Source: Octopus bimaculoides (taxonomy: Eukaryota). Taken from it: a DNA stretch of 64,000 nt. The position numbers and the translations under genes were made by a program. The notes below the pieces were generated by a model that was not told where the DNA came from, searched no databases, and was given only the letters and a program-made list of their open reading frames with translations. How positions within the stretch are numbered: position 1 is the first letter of the stretch; each line of letters begins with the position of its first letter. Shown here one piece after another: positions 13,070 through 27,900 of this stretch. Where the stretch lies: contig NC_068984.1 of NCBI RefSeq assembly GCF_001194135.2, positions 104,227,187 to 104,291,186 on the forward strand. Direction: 5' to 3'.

Positions 13070-15372
13070 AAAATTTTATTTTGTGCTTGGAAATTTCACC
13101 CAAGGAATTTTACTCTATTCATTTTAATATTTTTCTTTAATCTAGCTCTATTTAGAAGTTTTGCTTGAAGACAAATCAAACTGGCTGATAAAAACTAGAG
13201 AATGGCGGCAAAAATATGATGATTTAAAGAATAATGTAAGTTTTCAATGTTCTACACTCTCCTAATGGACAAAAATCTACAGATTTACACTTGTCACTTA
13301 TTTTATTTGAATTCTGTAATTCTCTGCTTATCTTTTTTAAGTCTATATTCATAACATATATTCCAATAATTCCCAGTCTTTGTTTCTCGTTTATCTTTGT
13401 TATTCCATGTTCCATACATGCAAACTGTGTTAAAGTTTTCCATTAATAAATGTCCTTCTACAAATATTAACTATACTGAATCACTGAAAAATTGTGGGGG
13501 TTTTTTTTATGCTTAAAGTATTTACCTTTCACTTCTGTATTAATAAAAAAGTACCAATCTAGTGGAGTGGATTGGTAGAACTATAAGAATATCAGACTGG
13601 CTGCCCTGTGGTATTTTTTCCAGTTCTTTGATTTCTAAGTTTAAATCCTACCAAGGTCTAACTGGGTGAGAGATTTAATCCATCATCTGGTTAATGCCAC
13701 CACCAGACATGTTGAGTGGAATTAGCAGAGTTCTCTCTGTTGCAAGTTGTTGGATTCAACGTTAGGTTTGAGCAGATCTTTGTCTGTCTTTCCAACTTGT
13801 CTCAGAGACCTGTAAAGGGTCATGCATGAGCCCTGCCTTCCCTCGGCTAAAAGATTAAAAAAAAATTCAGTGTATGCAATTGAAACAGCATTAAATTAAA
13901 ATAACCGTGTACTGTAGTTAATGTATTATTACTGGCACTCCGTCGCTTACGACGTCGAGGGTTCCAGTTGATCCGATCAACGGAACAGCCTGCTCATGAA
14001 ATTAACGTGCAAGTGGCTGAGCACTCCACAGACACGTGTACCCTTAACGTAGTTCTCGGGGATATTCAGCGTGACACGGTGTGACAAGGCTGGCCCTTTG
14101 AATTACAGGTACAACAGAAACAGGAAGTAAGAGTGAGAGAAAGTTGTGGTGGAAGAGTACAGCAGGGTTCGCCACCATCCCCTGCCGGAGCCTCATGGAG
14201 CTTTAAGTGTTTTCGCTCAATAAACAATCGCAACGTTCAGTCTGGGAATCGAAACTGCGATCCTATGACAGCGAGTCTGCTGCCCTAACCACTGGGCCAT
14301 TGCGCCTCCACAGTTAATGTATACATGCCAGTGAAAAGCAAGATGTCTTGCGAAGTCATATTGTGTTGGTCTTATTTATATATAATGGGGTGTATGTATT
14401 ATATTTCATCTTTATATAGATTAGTTGAACCAAAATATATGTAGATTACATTTGACATTTCAGTTGAAATTTAAGTTTACTTACCTGTTGAAATTGTGTA
14501 AAACTGGTTCTGAAGTTGAGATACCCTAAAAACCTTGTGACTGTCATGTACTAGTGAATGAGATATAAACTCGGTATATTTCAAGTAGGCATATCTATAT
14601 AGTCACTTTAATTTTTCTCTGAACCACCAATATAGAATGCAGGTGTATACCATAAACTCACATGGCCTGATATTAATGTTTGCACAGAATGAAGAAGACT
14701 CTGAAGCTAACAAGAGAACTACTCTTACACTAATGTCATAACAAACATACTTAACTGGTTCTTTGTTGGTGATGAATTGATTTACTTGAAACTTGGCGAA
14801 ATACAGTCTTGGATCAAAATACATTGGAGGATGCTGCATTGTAGTCTTAACTAATTAGTGATGATTTAGAGAATTGCATGTAAAATTAGTTTGATAATCA
14901 CTAAATGCTAATGTTTTCCTGATTTTGTTTTAATCTAAGGTATAATGTAAAGAAAACATTAATTTTTTCTTTCTTGAAGCTCATAATAAATCCACGCAAA
15001 GCTGTTGACTCTGCCCATGACCTGTCTTTGAACAATCCGCTGTCTCAGGCTGAAGAAGTAAGTTTCTTGTATTGTAAGCATCAAAATGTATGTATTGTAT
15101 ATCACATAAACATTCATATAAGACTAAAAATTAATGTGCTTTGGTATTTGTAGCTACTGAAAGTTAATAATCTTTGTTTTATCTTTCTTTTCAGTTTTAA
15201 TTTTTGTACTCACAGGCATGGCTGTGTGGTTGAGAAGTTTGCTTTTCAACCACTGGGTTTTGGGTTCAACCCCATTGTGTGGCACCTTTGGCAAGTGTCA
15301 CCTATTGTAGCTCCAGGCTAACCAAAGCCTTGTGAGTGGATTTGGTAGATAGAAACTGAAAGAAGCCCACTG

Positions 15373-15406
<34 letters not shown>

Positions 15407-16463
15407 GTTGTCTCTTTGTCTTGACATTGCCTGGTAGTTGTAAATGAGTGTCATCATCATATAAACGGTGTCTTTCATTTCCAATTTTCAAAAACCTGTC
15501 CAGCCAGAGAAAAAATATTACCTTACTCGGGAACAAGTGAGGGATGGTGACAGGAAGAATACCTGGATATAGACAACTTACCTCAATGAATTTCACCTGA
15601 TCCATACAAACATTTAAAAATGGACATTAAAACAGTGATGCTATTGATGACTGAGATGCGAACATTGTTTTACTGGACTTCTAAATTAAAGATATTAAAA
15701 AAAATATCAATGTTGTTAATCACAGATGCATAATGTATATAAAGATATAATGACAGTAAAGCCAACATTGAAATCCTAATGTGCTATACTGTTTCTCTTC
15801 TCCAATTTGTGTGACAAATGAAGTAGGTTCCAAATCTTACTTAACAGTGGAAAGCATATAAATGCAGTATTCCTACAAAAATGAAATTAAAAAAATAATA
15901 ACTTCCATGTTTTCCATCTCCAATCTTTTGTTAATTTGAATTCAGCCATTTAGTATAGCAGACATTATGATCTATGGGGTAGTAATTGTATGTACATCAT
16001 GAAATTTATTTATATACATCATTGCTGAATGGCTGCTTAACCTTTATAGAATATAGTTATTTTTACTATGACACCGCTAATGTAATATTAGGACAGTGTA
16101 ATATGCTTATTAAAAACTTGATATTATAATATCACTGTAAAAGGTTTATCCAAAAGAAAGTCATATTTGCATGAGGTCATTTATTTCCAGCAAAGACCAG
16201 ATTGTCTTTATCAACATGGTAGCTATCTTAAATAGTAGTCAATTGATATAGCAAACAAGTAAATTGAGAGAAGCTTGCTACCAATTTAACTTATGTAAGT
16301 GTTCTTATCAGACACTTGAACTTTGTTAATTGCATCACTGTTTATCTAAAGTCAAGTATATGTTTACAAAGATTTAATCTACATCCTGGATGCACCTACT
16401 TTCAGTCTCTTATACTGCTATTCTAATGGTTTTTGTTCTTCTGAATTTGTATTGTGTATCTTC

Positions 16464-16507
<44 letters not shown>

Positions 16508-18880
16508 CCACTTTTACGCTTGTCACTGTCATTTTTACTATTGTTTCTATCAGCACCATTTCAAATGTTATTCTATCTTTTCCAAGATGCTAGTGAGCAA
16601 TAGTGGTACACTATTTTAGATATAATAGCAATATACTCTAGTGGGTAGCATTTAAAGAGGTGAAGTAACTGTTTAGGGATAACGTATAGGAGCAACAAAA
16701 ATCTAAGAAAATCGAATTTTGTTTTGTATTTTGTGACTGTGACAATGAATATAATGACAAATGTTTTATGGAATGCAATGTATTGAAAATGAGGTAAATA
16801 TAGTATTAAGATGAGCTGAGGGTGCATAATTTAAGGTAAATAAGCATGATAATTGGTTAACATGGAAAATGTTTTGAGGAATATTCCACTTTCTTTAAAG
16901 AAAGCAAAAACAATATTCTACTCCCAGAAAAATTAGAGTTTTGAATTTAATTTGTTTGTATTTATAAAAGACCTGAATATTTTGAAATCAGTGTTCAGTT
17001 TTAATATTAGATGAAATAAAGAAAACGATTTATCAATTTTTATTTGAAAAATATGGCATTACTTAATCATTTCTGACCTTTCACTATTTTAGAGTCCCTG
17101 GAATCGGTTTTTTCAAGACAATGAATTGCGGCTTACCATCAAGCAAGATGTTATCCGAACGTAAGATATTTAACATTCTATTAAGAGAGATAATTTCGAT
17201 TTTGGTTGCTTTACGGTGTAAATAAACTGATTTTTTTTTTTTTGTGTGCTCCTGTTAAGGATTGTTCAGCTACAGTGGATGCTTAATATTAATGTACAGG
17301 CAGTATTGTTAGAACATTGGATAGAACTTGTTGGTTCAGACCCTGCTGAGGTTAGCCTTGCCTTTTGTCAGGGTTATCATCCCTCTGCTTAGAATCATTG
17401 CTCACTCTCCCTTCTGTTCTTCCTCATTTATAGGGACCACTTTAGGGTCTTATTATGAAGCAATGATCTTAAGAACTGGTGCCATGAAATTATGAAGCAA
17501 TGATCTTAAGAGCTGGTGCCATGAAAAAGCACCCAGTGTCCTCTGTAAAGTAGTTGGAGTTAGAAAGCTGTAGAAACCATGCCAAAATAGACGTTGGAAC
17601 ATGAGGTAGTCCTTCAGCTTATCAGACTCTGTCAAACTATCCTATCCATGCTAGCATGGAAGATGGATATTAAATAATAATGAGGATGATGCTAGTGTGA
17701 GATGGAATGCCTCATGTTATTTGTTCTAGTTCATATCCTGATGGTAATACTAGTGATAACATTGGAGCCAAACTGGGTTGGTCCTTGCCTTTGTCTGGAT
17801 AGCTGTTTGTCTGCCATACAACTTTGCCCAATCATGCACCATGAAGAGAGGCTGTCTAGATCCATTTCCCAGAATGAAATACTCAAAACACTGAAATTAT
17901 TGTTGGGATTTTAACAGGAAATAAGAATGTGTGTGTTTGTGTGTGATGGAGAGATAAGATATTTATGTCTACCAAAATAATTAATAAGAATAAAGTTAAA
18001 CAATTTGGTAATGTGCTGCATATATTAAAAAAAAGAAAAAGTTTCATATTTTCTAAGCCGTAATGTTTTGTTGGGGTCTGCATTGTATGCAAAAAGGCAA
18101 TTTGATGTTATAATGTGGGTGTTTGATGTATGGGAGCCTGCAGTTTCGTTATTCTCAGCTTAATGGGGCTGTGCAAGTGAGAGCCATATGGAGAGATTTT
18201 GGACTGACACTGTCTAATAGAAGTTGTAAGCCAGATTTTGTAAAGCTGATGTGCTGCGTATAGGCACACAGCTGGTTTGCAAATAGAGAAAGTAGCAAGA
18301 ACTAAATCCATATCAGGCTTACTAGAGAAACTGCTTGGAGAGATCTGATCTTCTCACAAAACAATGGCACCAAAATTAAGGTTATAAGGCCTTGTTATAG
18401 TCATGGTTGCAGTTCCTGGACAAGGAGTGTTTTGACAAGTATTTGGTAAGGTGTTTGTTGTCCAGTGACCATGAACAACACAATGTTTGTTGCTTTAGTC
18501 AATGTCCTATTTGAAGAGAAGGCGAATACAACTGTAGCATTTGGTTTACCCTATGCTTACTAATTTGTGCTTACTAATAGAAGTATTTCATCAAAGTGAG
18601 GATTCTGTATCTGGATAGCCAAACGTTTCTGGAAACAAAAACTCTGCACCACTGTCTTATACAGCAAGACATGTAAAAATGAATCTATGCACACTTAGCA
18701 GTTCAGTAATTTTTATCTTTTCATTGTGTTGATAAAACTGAAAAGCTGATATTCCTTGAAACATTGTCACTTATTTAAAATATTTTCTAAGCTGGTTGCT
18801 GCTGGCTAATTGATGTAGTTTTAACATACAAGTAAAGTAGTTTTGCTTTTAGCCCACTATCAGTATAGATTCAGCCTTAG

Positions 18881-18925
<45 letters not shown>

Positions 18926-21900
18926 NNNNNNNNNNNNNNNNNNNNNNNNNNNNNNNNNNNNNNNNNNNNNNNNNNNNNNNNNNNNNNNNNNNNNNNNNNN
19001 NNNNNNNNNNNNNNNNNNNNNNNNNNNNNNNNNNNNNNNNNNNNNNNNNNNNNNNNNNNNNNNNNNNNNNNNNNNNNNNNNNNNNNNNNNNNNNNNNNNN
19101 NNNNNNNNNNNNNNNNNNNNNNNNNNNNNNNNNNNNNNNNNNNNNNNNNNNNNNNNNNNNNNNNNNNNNNNNNNNNNNNNNNNNNNNNNNNNNNNNNNNN
19201 NNNNNNNNNNNNNNNNNNNNNNNNNNNNNNNNNNNNNNNNNNNNNNNNNNNNNNNNNNNNNNNNNNNNNNNNNNNNNNNNNNNNNNNNNNNNNNNNNNNN
19301 NNNNNNNAACTTTTCTACTGTGTCTTTAAAATCTATCTGATCTCAAAGGAAAGATCTTACTCATTTCATACTCATTATTTTAGTAAAATTATTTTCACTT
19401 TTAATTAGATCTATTATCATCATCAATTATTAATAATTTTTTAACCTTTCAAGAAAGAAAATATTTGTTTGTCTCAAAGACTATTAATGAAGAAAAACTT
19501 GTCTTTTAATTCTGTACAGTTCAGTACTCCTTCCTTTATTCCTTATTGAATCAAAGAAGATTGTCTGTATATAGTGCACTTCTGCTATTAATGAAAATGA
19601 ATATTTTGGCTCATTCATGTGATGATCGGTAGTTTTTGAATTCCAAACAAAGCAGGTAGTGAACATAAAATAAATACTTTTCGAATTTCTTTGAACTGTT
19701 AAAATGATAGATTAAGAAATATCTGAGAGAAAGTTAAATTTTATCTATTTATTTGATGATTATCAAGTAATTTTCGAAGAATGAAGTTAGGCACAAGGTA
19801 AGTTTTGTTTTTGTTCTCAAATAATTCAGTATAATCTTTTTAATTTTATATTCTGGAACATGCTTATTATACTTATATTATATTCTGGAACATGCTTATT
19901 GATTTAAGCTTAAAGCTTATATTGTCAATAAAGACATCCATTTCATCATTTTATAGTGTGCTTTAAATGCTTTGTTTTGTATTTTTTTTTTTTGTTTTTA
20001 AAGTTTTGATTTTTAATTCCATTGTATATTTTAACTGAATTCTAAGAAAAGCTTTTTCATTATTGAGCAATAATGTACAGTAATGAAATTATATATTGAA
20101 GAACATCTCTGATAATACTTTTTGTTTATCGACTATTTTTCTTCATAGTGTAACTTAATCATACTGATCTTCTATAATGTTCATTCGTTACTTTTAGGGA
20201 AGTTTGTTAAACTGTCCTCTTTGAAGTCAGACTAATTTTAATAATTCTAGAGCAGTTTTCTTTTGGTTTTAGATTAGCAAATTGTCTTTATATTTTTATT
20301 ATTTTTTTGTTTTAGTTACCATTTTGGTTTTTACAACTTTTGGTCAGACTCAGTACTAGCTCCCCAAACTCGTAAACATTTATATCTTCACTCATTTGTC
20401 ACCATTCTCATAGTTTCATACAATTGTGATTTTTGATGCATACCAATATTTCTTGGTGCATCTAACCTAATAATATACATTCAACAGTGAAGAAAAAATC
20501 TTCATGCAAATTATTTCCTTGAATCGCTTTTACATTTTTCCTTTTAAATGTGCTGTGTTTTTATTGAAAATTATGGTTGTTGGATGGTTTTGATCTTGTC
20601 TACTTCAAATGTTTGTTTTCAAGATAGACCAATTTTTAGAGTTAGTCCGTGTCATTATTTCCTTAGGATAGTCAGTTATATAACTTTGATACATCAATTC
20701 CTGCACTTGGATTGTTAGCTTCAAAATTTGATTTAGCTTTTAATTATTACAACTTAATTTTCAAACTACATTTATTTGTGTAAGACATGCTCCATAATTT
20801 GAGTCTCTTAAATTCGAGAGAACATTAAATTCAATTAGTGTGTAACAAGTGTATGTTACCTTCATTTCAAGTGTGACGTAGTATATTTTATTTTAGATGT
20901 ATGAAGTGGGGGAAATAAAACCAAAAGTAACTCAAAATGCTACACTTAATTTTAGATCATTTGTCAGGACAAAGGCTCTGTAAATTGAAAATATGTAAGT
21001 TGAGAATATTTCAATTGAGAGAAATTTATACACCTAAAATATAAAGGTATTATGAAGAAAATTTAATAGTTTATACTCTGGAGTCTACAGGCTACTATTT
21101 AAAAAGAAACAGTTTTTAATACTTTCTCACTACTCATACTAAATTCTGATTTGTAATAGGAATGATGTTCTATTTTACTTGCATAAAATATTTTGAACAA
21201 CATTGTTGAGTAAGTGATATATGCATTCTTTAATGTGAAATGCAACCTATTATGAAATTTTAGTGACTTGCTCTTTTGAGTTATAAAATTATTTAGAAGT
21301 TCTTCTTGCTAAGTTGAGAGGGGAACTTCCAAACTTAGGGACACAAAATAATAGCTGCTGTAGTAGTTGTAGTAGTGGGAATGATGATGTTTGCACTCAT
21401 GGGTCATGTAGCCAAGTAATCTAATAAACACCTCAACCACTGTGCATCTCAATATATCCAAAACACTCTGCATACGTTTAACCAACTCTTCCTTGAGTTT
21501 TGAAGGAAAACAAATCTAATTTGGTAGACCTTTGATTAAAAAAAAAAAAAAAATTTTATGGTTTCTTTTGAAATGAAAGAAATTTTGTTTTCGAGCAGTG
21601 ATATATATATATTTCAGTTTTATCAACCATCTTGTTGAGTGAGGATTTAAAAATATGAATCCTTTCTATGGTGCTCTAGCCTCTTCATTACATCATTGAC
21701 TTATGTCATTTTTTTTGCTTCTGTTCCAGTTATCCTCGAATAGAATTTTTTCAGTCTAATCAAGTGCGAAACATGATGGTTGATATTCTGTTTATTTATG
21801 CCAAGCTGAACGTTGACTTGTCCTATAGACAGGTTACTATTTCTTCATTTTTATTTCTCTTCTCTTCTCAAAGCTAAGTCTGCCATTCTTGTGTCTATTG

Positions 21901-24900
21901 CCATTGTAGCTAGCTGCACATTGTACAGCAGCATGTCTCCTATCAATGTTTAGTTTTTTGCATGCATATGTCCCTATCACTTTTCAGCATGGGGTGGTTA
22001 TACATCGAGGGAATTTACTTCAGATTTACTCTCAAATATCTTGAACATTGTCTAATATTTAACATTTCACTTAGAGTATAAATATTTAGAAAAAGGTATA
22101 TCTTAAAAGTGATAAAATTTGATAAACCTACTTCAAATTAAAAGTGAAAGTTTGATTGCAAAGTTTGAATAAACTTTGTGTAAAGATTATATATTATTAT
22201 TAGATATATCAGTAATAAATTACTGTTACATTTTATAGTTAACTAGTTTTGTTAAATATTAAACTAAAATTGTTGGGATTGTATCTTTGCAAACTGTGTA
22301 GTCATTTACCTTAAATTCTTATTAATGACAGTTAAATATATTAATTCATTTATAATAATAATAATTTTTGTTATTGTAGTTTAAGTTGTAGAATGTAAAT
22401 CATGATTTGTGACTAATGTTGACAAATAAATCTTTGTTTAGAGTTTTAGTCTATATTTTCTGCTTTTCCAATTTTAAGAAATTATTGTATGATATATAGT
22501 TAATAACTTATACAGAGTATATAGTTAATAACTTATACAGAGTAATCCCCTCTGAATTTGTTTCAAGGTATTTCATATATTTCCATGAAAATCTTATTTC
22601 CTCATTATAATTTGCTACTCAAAATATAATTTAGCTCTAAGGTTTTGTTGTTAAACCTTTACAAGAACATGCTGTCAACTTCTTTCACTATTTTGGATAA
22701 TGCTATCTGTTAATTATTAACACCCAGAGAAAAATCCTGATTAGCAACTTTTCCCTTTATAATTACTAGTCATGTTTGAGCCATTTTATATGGTATTTAA
22801 TATTAAAAGTAGTCATTTCCACATAAACATTATTTTTTTGAAACTTATTTTCTGCTCAATTACTGACCCAAACTACTTCCAATTAATGTAACTGATGAGG
22901 TTCTATGCATGTCATAGTTAATTCATTAAAAGTCTGCATTTCTGTAATAACTATGCATAAAGTTTTCTTTTTGTTTGCATATCTAAATATTTAAAAAGCT
23001 TTTATGTAAAACAAAATTATCTTCAACTCCTACTGAATATAAGTTGAAAAATAGACTTAGGATTATTTACTTGAAATAACCTCTAAAAGTTGTGGCTTTT
23101 CTTATGAAAGCATAGTCATTTTAAAAACATTTAAGAGAGCCTTGTTGTAATGTTAATATTATAACCACAAATTACATAATTAATTTTTAATATACTGGAA
23201 GATTGTGTGGGTAAGTGATTTCTGTTATAGCCTCAGGGTCAGTAAAAACTTGCAAATGAAACTGGGTAGATGGAAACTATAAAGAAATTTGTCAGATATG
23301 TGTTTGTGGGTGTGGGTTGAATAAAATCAGTGTGTCCAAGTAAAAAAAAGTCAAAATATAACCTTGCATCTCCTTATATCCAGTAAACCCTTTCTTCGTT
23401 ATGAGATAAGTATGAAGTTCACTATAAATGACTAAAAACCCTTGAAGCTGCTGCCTTAGCATGTACTTAACTGAAAACAACAAAAGAATAAAAGAACATA
23501 CTAAGATTTTGCTTCTTTCCTACCAACATAAGCTATGGACGTTTTATATACTGTTTGGATTTTAGTCCATTGTTTGTTTTTATATGCCATGCATATTTTG
23601 TATTGACTGCCCATCAGCATCTTCATTGTTATCAACTATTGATGAGGATCTTTCCAAATCATTCTTGTTCTTCTCTGGAAAATCCTTAGGTTTGTAGAAA
23701 AAAAATCCTGTGTTTTTTACGTGCCACCTACACAGGAATCAGTCCAGCGGCACTGGCAACAACCTCACTCAAATGCTTTTTCACATGCCACCGGCACAAG
23801 TGCCAATAAGGCAACACTGGTAATGAACATGGTCGAATGGTGCTTTTTATGTGCCACCGGCATAGAAGCAAGTCAGCTGCTCTGGCAGTGATCATGGTGC
23901 TCTTAACGTTCCACTGGCACGGATGCCAGTCATTGAATTTGCGAATTTGATTTGATGTCGATTTCACTTGCCTCAACAGGTCTTTGCAAGCAGAGTTTAG
24001 TGTCCAATGAAGGAAAGGTATGCATAAGTGGGCTGGTTACACCCCTGGCATAGGCCATGTGTTATGGTCTCATTTGGCTTGCACTCTTCTCATGCACAGC
24101 ATATTTCCAAAGGTCTCGGTCACTAATCATTGTCTCGGTGAGGCCTAATGTTCAAAGGTCATGCTTCACCACCTCATTCCAGGTCTTCCTCTTCCACAGG
24201 TTCCCTCAACTGCTAGAGTGTGGCACTTTTTACACAGCTATCCTCATCCATTCTCGCCACATGACCATACCAGCGCAGTCGTCTCTCTTGCACACCACAT
24301 CTGATGCTTCTTAGGTCCAACTTTTCTTTCAAGGTACTTACACTCTATCGAGTATGCACACTGACATTACACATCCATTGAAGCATACTGGCTTCATTCC
24401 TTGTGAGCTTATGCATGTCCTCAGCAATCACAGCCCATGTTTCACTGCCATGTAGCATGGCTGTTCGTACACATGTGTCACTGCCATGTAGCATGGCTGT
24501 TCGTACACGTGTCACACAGTCTGCCTTTTACTCTGAGCGAGAGGCCCTGTAACCAATATTTGCAGACTAAAGTAATTCTTATGAAATATTTTCATATTAG
24601 ATTATAATAAAAAAGACCATTTTATGGTTTATTTTTCTGTTGAGAGAAAAATAGATTTCATTGTTTAATATTTATTATGTAATCTCTGCTGAGGTTTACT
24701 TTGCCTTTCATCTTTTCAGGGTTAATGAATACTAGTTAATCGACTTACCTCCCCACAAACTTGCTGGTTTCTTGCCAGAATTTGAAACCAATATTTATTA
24801 TGTAATTTGATGTGATAAAGAATTGAAAATAGCAATTGCTGATCAAATGAGATTCTGGTTTGTTCTGCACAAATTCTGCTTTAAGTCTTAAAGAAACTTG

Positions 24901-27900
24901 GATTTTTGGCTCTGTCAAGAGACAGAACATTATATAATAGTACCTGTGGAAAGAAAATGAGAGTTTGATCTGACTAGTCTATGTTGCCATTTGTCTCAGC
25001 AATAATACCTGATAATGACTGCTAAAATTACAACTTAGATATTGTAGTTCATCTGTTAAAATGTTATGGCTTCTTGTAATAAATTGCAAAGAAGTAGTCT
25101 ATTTAGAATAATTGATTTATTAAATGACTATTGCTTGATTGGTGTATGACCTCTATGTTGCATAGCCTGCTAATACCCCAGTGAGAAAGAGAGTGTAGCT
25201 GTAAGATTGAAAAAGTGAAACCAATAATACTAAGTTTATAAACTTTAAATGATTGCAAATTTGTTAACAGCAAAAGATGTTAGTTTATTATTTCTGATTA
25301 TATTACTTGTGAGTATATTAGTGTTTGAATATTGATTAGAGCAAAGCTTTTTGCTTTCAGGATTTCTTTACTGCATATTTTACATATTTGTGTAATTGGA
25401 ATAGTTCCCTAACTACTAAAAGCAGCAGTGACTTGTGGTAGTCATCACCCTTCCTCATGATAATTATCATCAGTAACTATTTAACATCTATTTCCATGAT
25501 GCTGAGATGCAATATATGTTTGTATGTCATCTGCAAGTAATCCAGTGCATTTTTAACATCTTCAAGTGTAAAGTTGAATAAGTCTTCAGAATACTAAGCA
25601 GTCTTTTGGTATTTCTTCTGTTAACTCCAACTCAAAATTTTTTGGTGATTCTTGTTTCAATTTATTTCTTCATTTGGCAGAACTCTAATCTGAGATTTAA
25701 TTGCTGGTCACATTTATGTCTTAACCACTGATTATAATTTCATGCAACTGAAATCTTTTCCAGTGTCTATGAAAAGCACATCATTTGCTATTGTTAATAA
25801 TTAAAATAAAAAAGAAAAAGAAAATTGCTTTTCAGTGTTTCTAGATATTGAAATCCTCACCGATTCCATTTTAATAAATATATATTTCTTCTTTTTAGTG
25901 TTGTAATCTTCCATGTTGTTTGTTGTCATTTTTTCTTTTTTGTTTTTGTTGTAGCATGCCTTGAATATTGTGGACTTAGTCAAATTTCTACAACTGCCTC
26001 TTGTTGCTTCTGTTTTTGTTGGTGTCCAGGGATATGCTTTGTTTATTTTCTTTTCTTTTCCTTCTAGTTTTCCTGAGATTCCTTTCTTCCAATCAGACCA
26101 GGTTCATCAACTGATGGTTAATGTGTTGTTCTTATATTGTCGCAATGATCAGATGAAAACTCATTTGTCATACCGACAGGTTGGTTTCACTCCTCTTTAT
26201 ATGAGTTCATGATATCCTACAACAGGACGAGTGATGTTACATTCTTTCAGTAACATTTCTTTATCACTGTACTACTTAACTGGATTTTTACTAAAGAAAC
26301 ATTATTAAACAAAGATATTTTTATGTTTGTCTATTTGGCTCTCTCTCTCTCTCTCTCTCCCAAAATGAAATGAAAAAAAAAGCAACTCAAAGTAACCTGA
26401 GACACCCAGTGAACAGTTTATTTTCCAAGCATAATGTCATTTTGTTTTATTAATAATGGTTTACAGTAAAACCCTACAAAAATATCTTCTTTAGTAAACA
26501 ATATTGTAGCTTTAATTATGTTGTAAATATCACTGAAATTTGTCTAACGCTGGATATTGAGACAAATGGTTACAAGTACAAAAAATGTTTGTTTAAAAGA
26601 GAGAGAGAGCTGCATCTTCTAGAAAAATAGGCACAATTTTGTTTAATCTTTGTTTCTTGATTTTATTTCTGAACTTTCCAAAAAATTGTTTTTGAAACCA
26701 CGTTTAATGGGTAATATTTTATTGGGGCCATTTCAATACCCTTAACAGCAATAGGTATGTTTATAGATACAAACCCTTTCAAAATCCTAAATGTGATTTT
26801 GTACTGAATTCTTTAAACTAGCAAGTGAAATATATAAATGGAGTACTGTTATTTTATAATAAATTTATTTGGCAATGTGGAGTGATTTTTCTTATACTAC
26901 ATATTCCTATTTTCTGCAAGCATTATTGCTTAGCTTATTAAGTGATGGTCAGAATGATAATTAAATTATTGATATAATTAATTTCCTTAGCCTTTATAAT
27001 CATCACAAATTTATCACAGTGTGCTGAAGTAAATTTTTGTATATTAGAAAGAATAGCATTTAACATACATGCATGTTTTCTGTAAAACTACAAAACTCTA
27101 AGCAAAGCACCAATTATTTCTGAGGATTATGATGATTTTAGAAGTAAGTTCCGTCATGGATTGTAACCATTTAATCCTTTCCCCAATGCCCTTTCTAGTG
27201 TTTGTAGTTGGTTACTATGTTAAACTAACACAAGTGTGTGCACAATAACTTAAACCATTCTCAGCTATGAGACTAGTGGTGGTCTGCATTTGTAAAATTC
27301 TGTTCAGTAAAAACAAAAAATTTAAGTATGTTATAGTGCTGTGAGTTGAGGAACTGAGGTATGAAATATTTCTTTTCCTTACGGCACCCTAATATACTGT
27401 AGTTTTTTTCACTTTTTGCTGAATCCAGACTTGGTTTGGTACGTATATTATTTTCTTCAAATTCTCTTTTCAAAGATGATTAATCTACTAATCCTTAAAA
27501 GACCAATTGCCTATAAGACATTCTAATAATTTTTTTAAAAAAACAGTTTATTATGTCAATTATCTCCATCAACCCTATTGTACAAATATACGTAAATAAA
27601 ACTGAATGTTGGGTGGACTATTCACTAAAAATTTACTTTTTCTTCTTCTTTAAATTTACAATTTATAGCTGAGAGTGTCTAATTAATCTAATCATTAGCA
27701 AAATCTTTCTCTGTCCAGTTTCTTTGTGGAAAATGAAATATAGTTGTTTCTTGTACAAACATATATTAATTTCTAATATAGCTGTTTCTTGTACAAACAT
27801 ATGTTAATTTCATATACATATTGTAAAGAGAGTGACTTTGTGGTTTGATTCCTTAGTATGGAGCTAATGACTTGCATTTAAAGTGCAAGAGTAAGTACAA

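Noticed and set aside
17260-17350. Open 91-nt phase 2-0 segment as a possible third alternative exon
   Set aside because: No similarity to exons A/B, and its donor lies in SINE-derived sequence.
19520-19665. Possible degenerate third copy of the duplicated exon (MNILAHSCDDR)
   Set aside because: Similarity is negligible and stops occur in the required frame.
22890-22960. CTGATGAG as hammerhead core or snoRNA C box
   Set aside because: No GAAA half-core, stems or D box nearby.
27273-27473. Minus-strand 66-aa ORF as a nested gene
   Set aside because: No recognisable domain or supporting exon structure.
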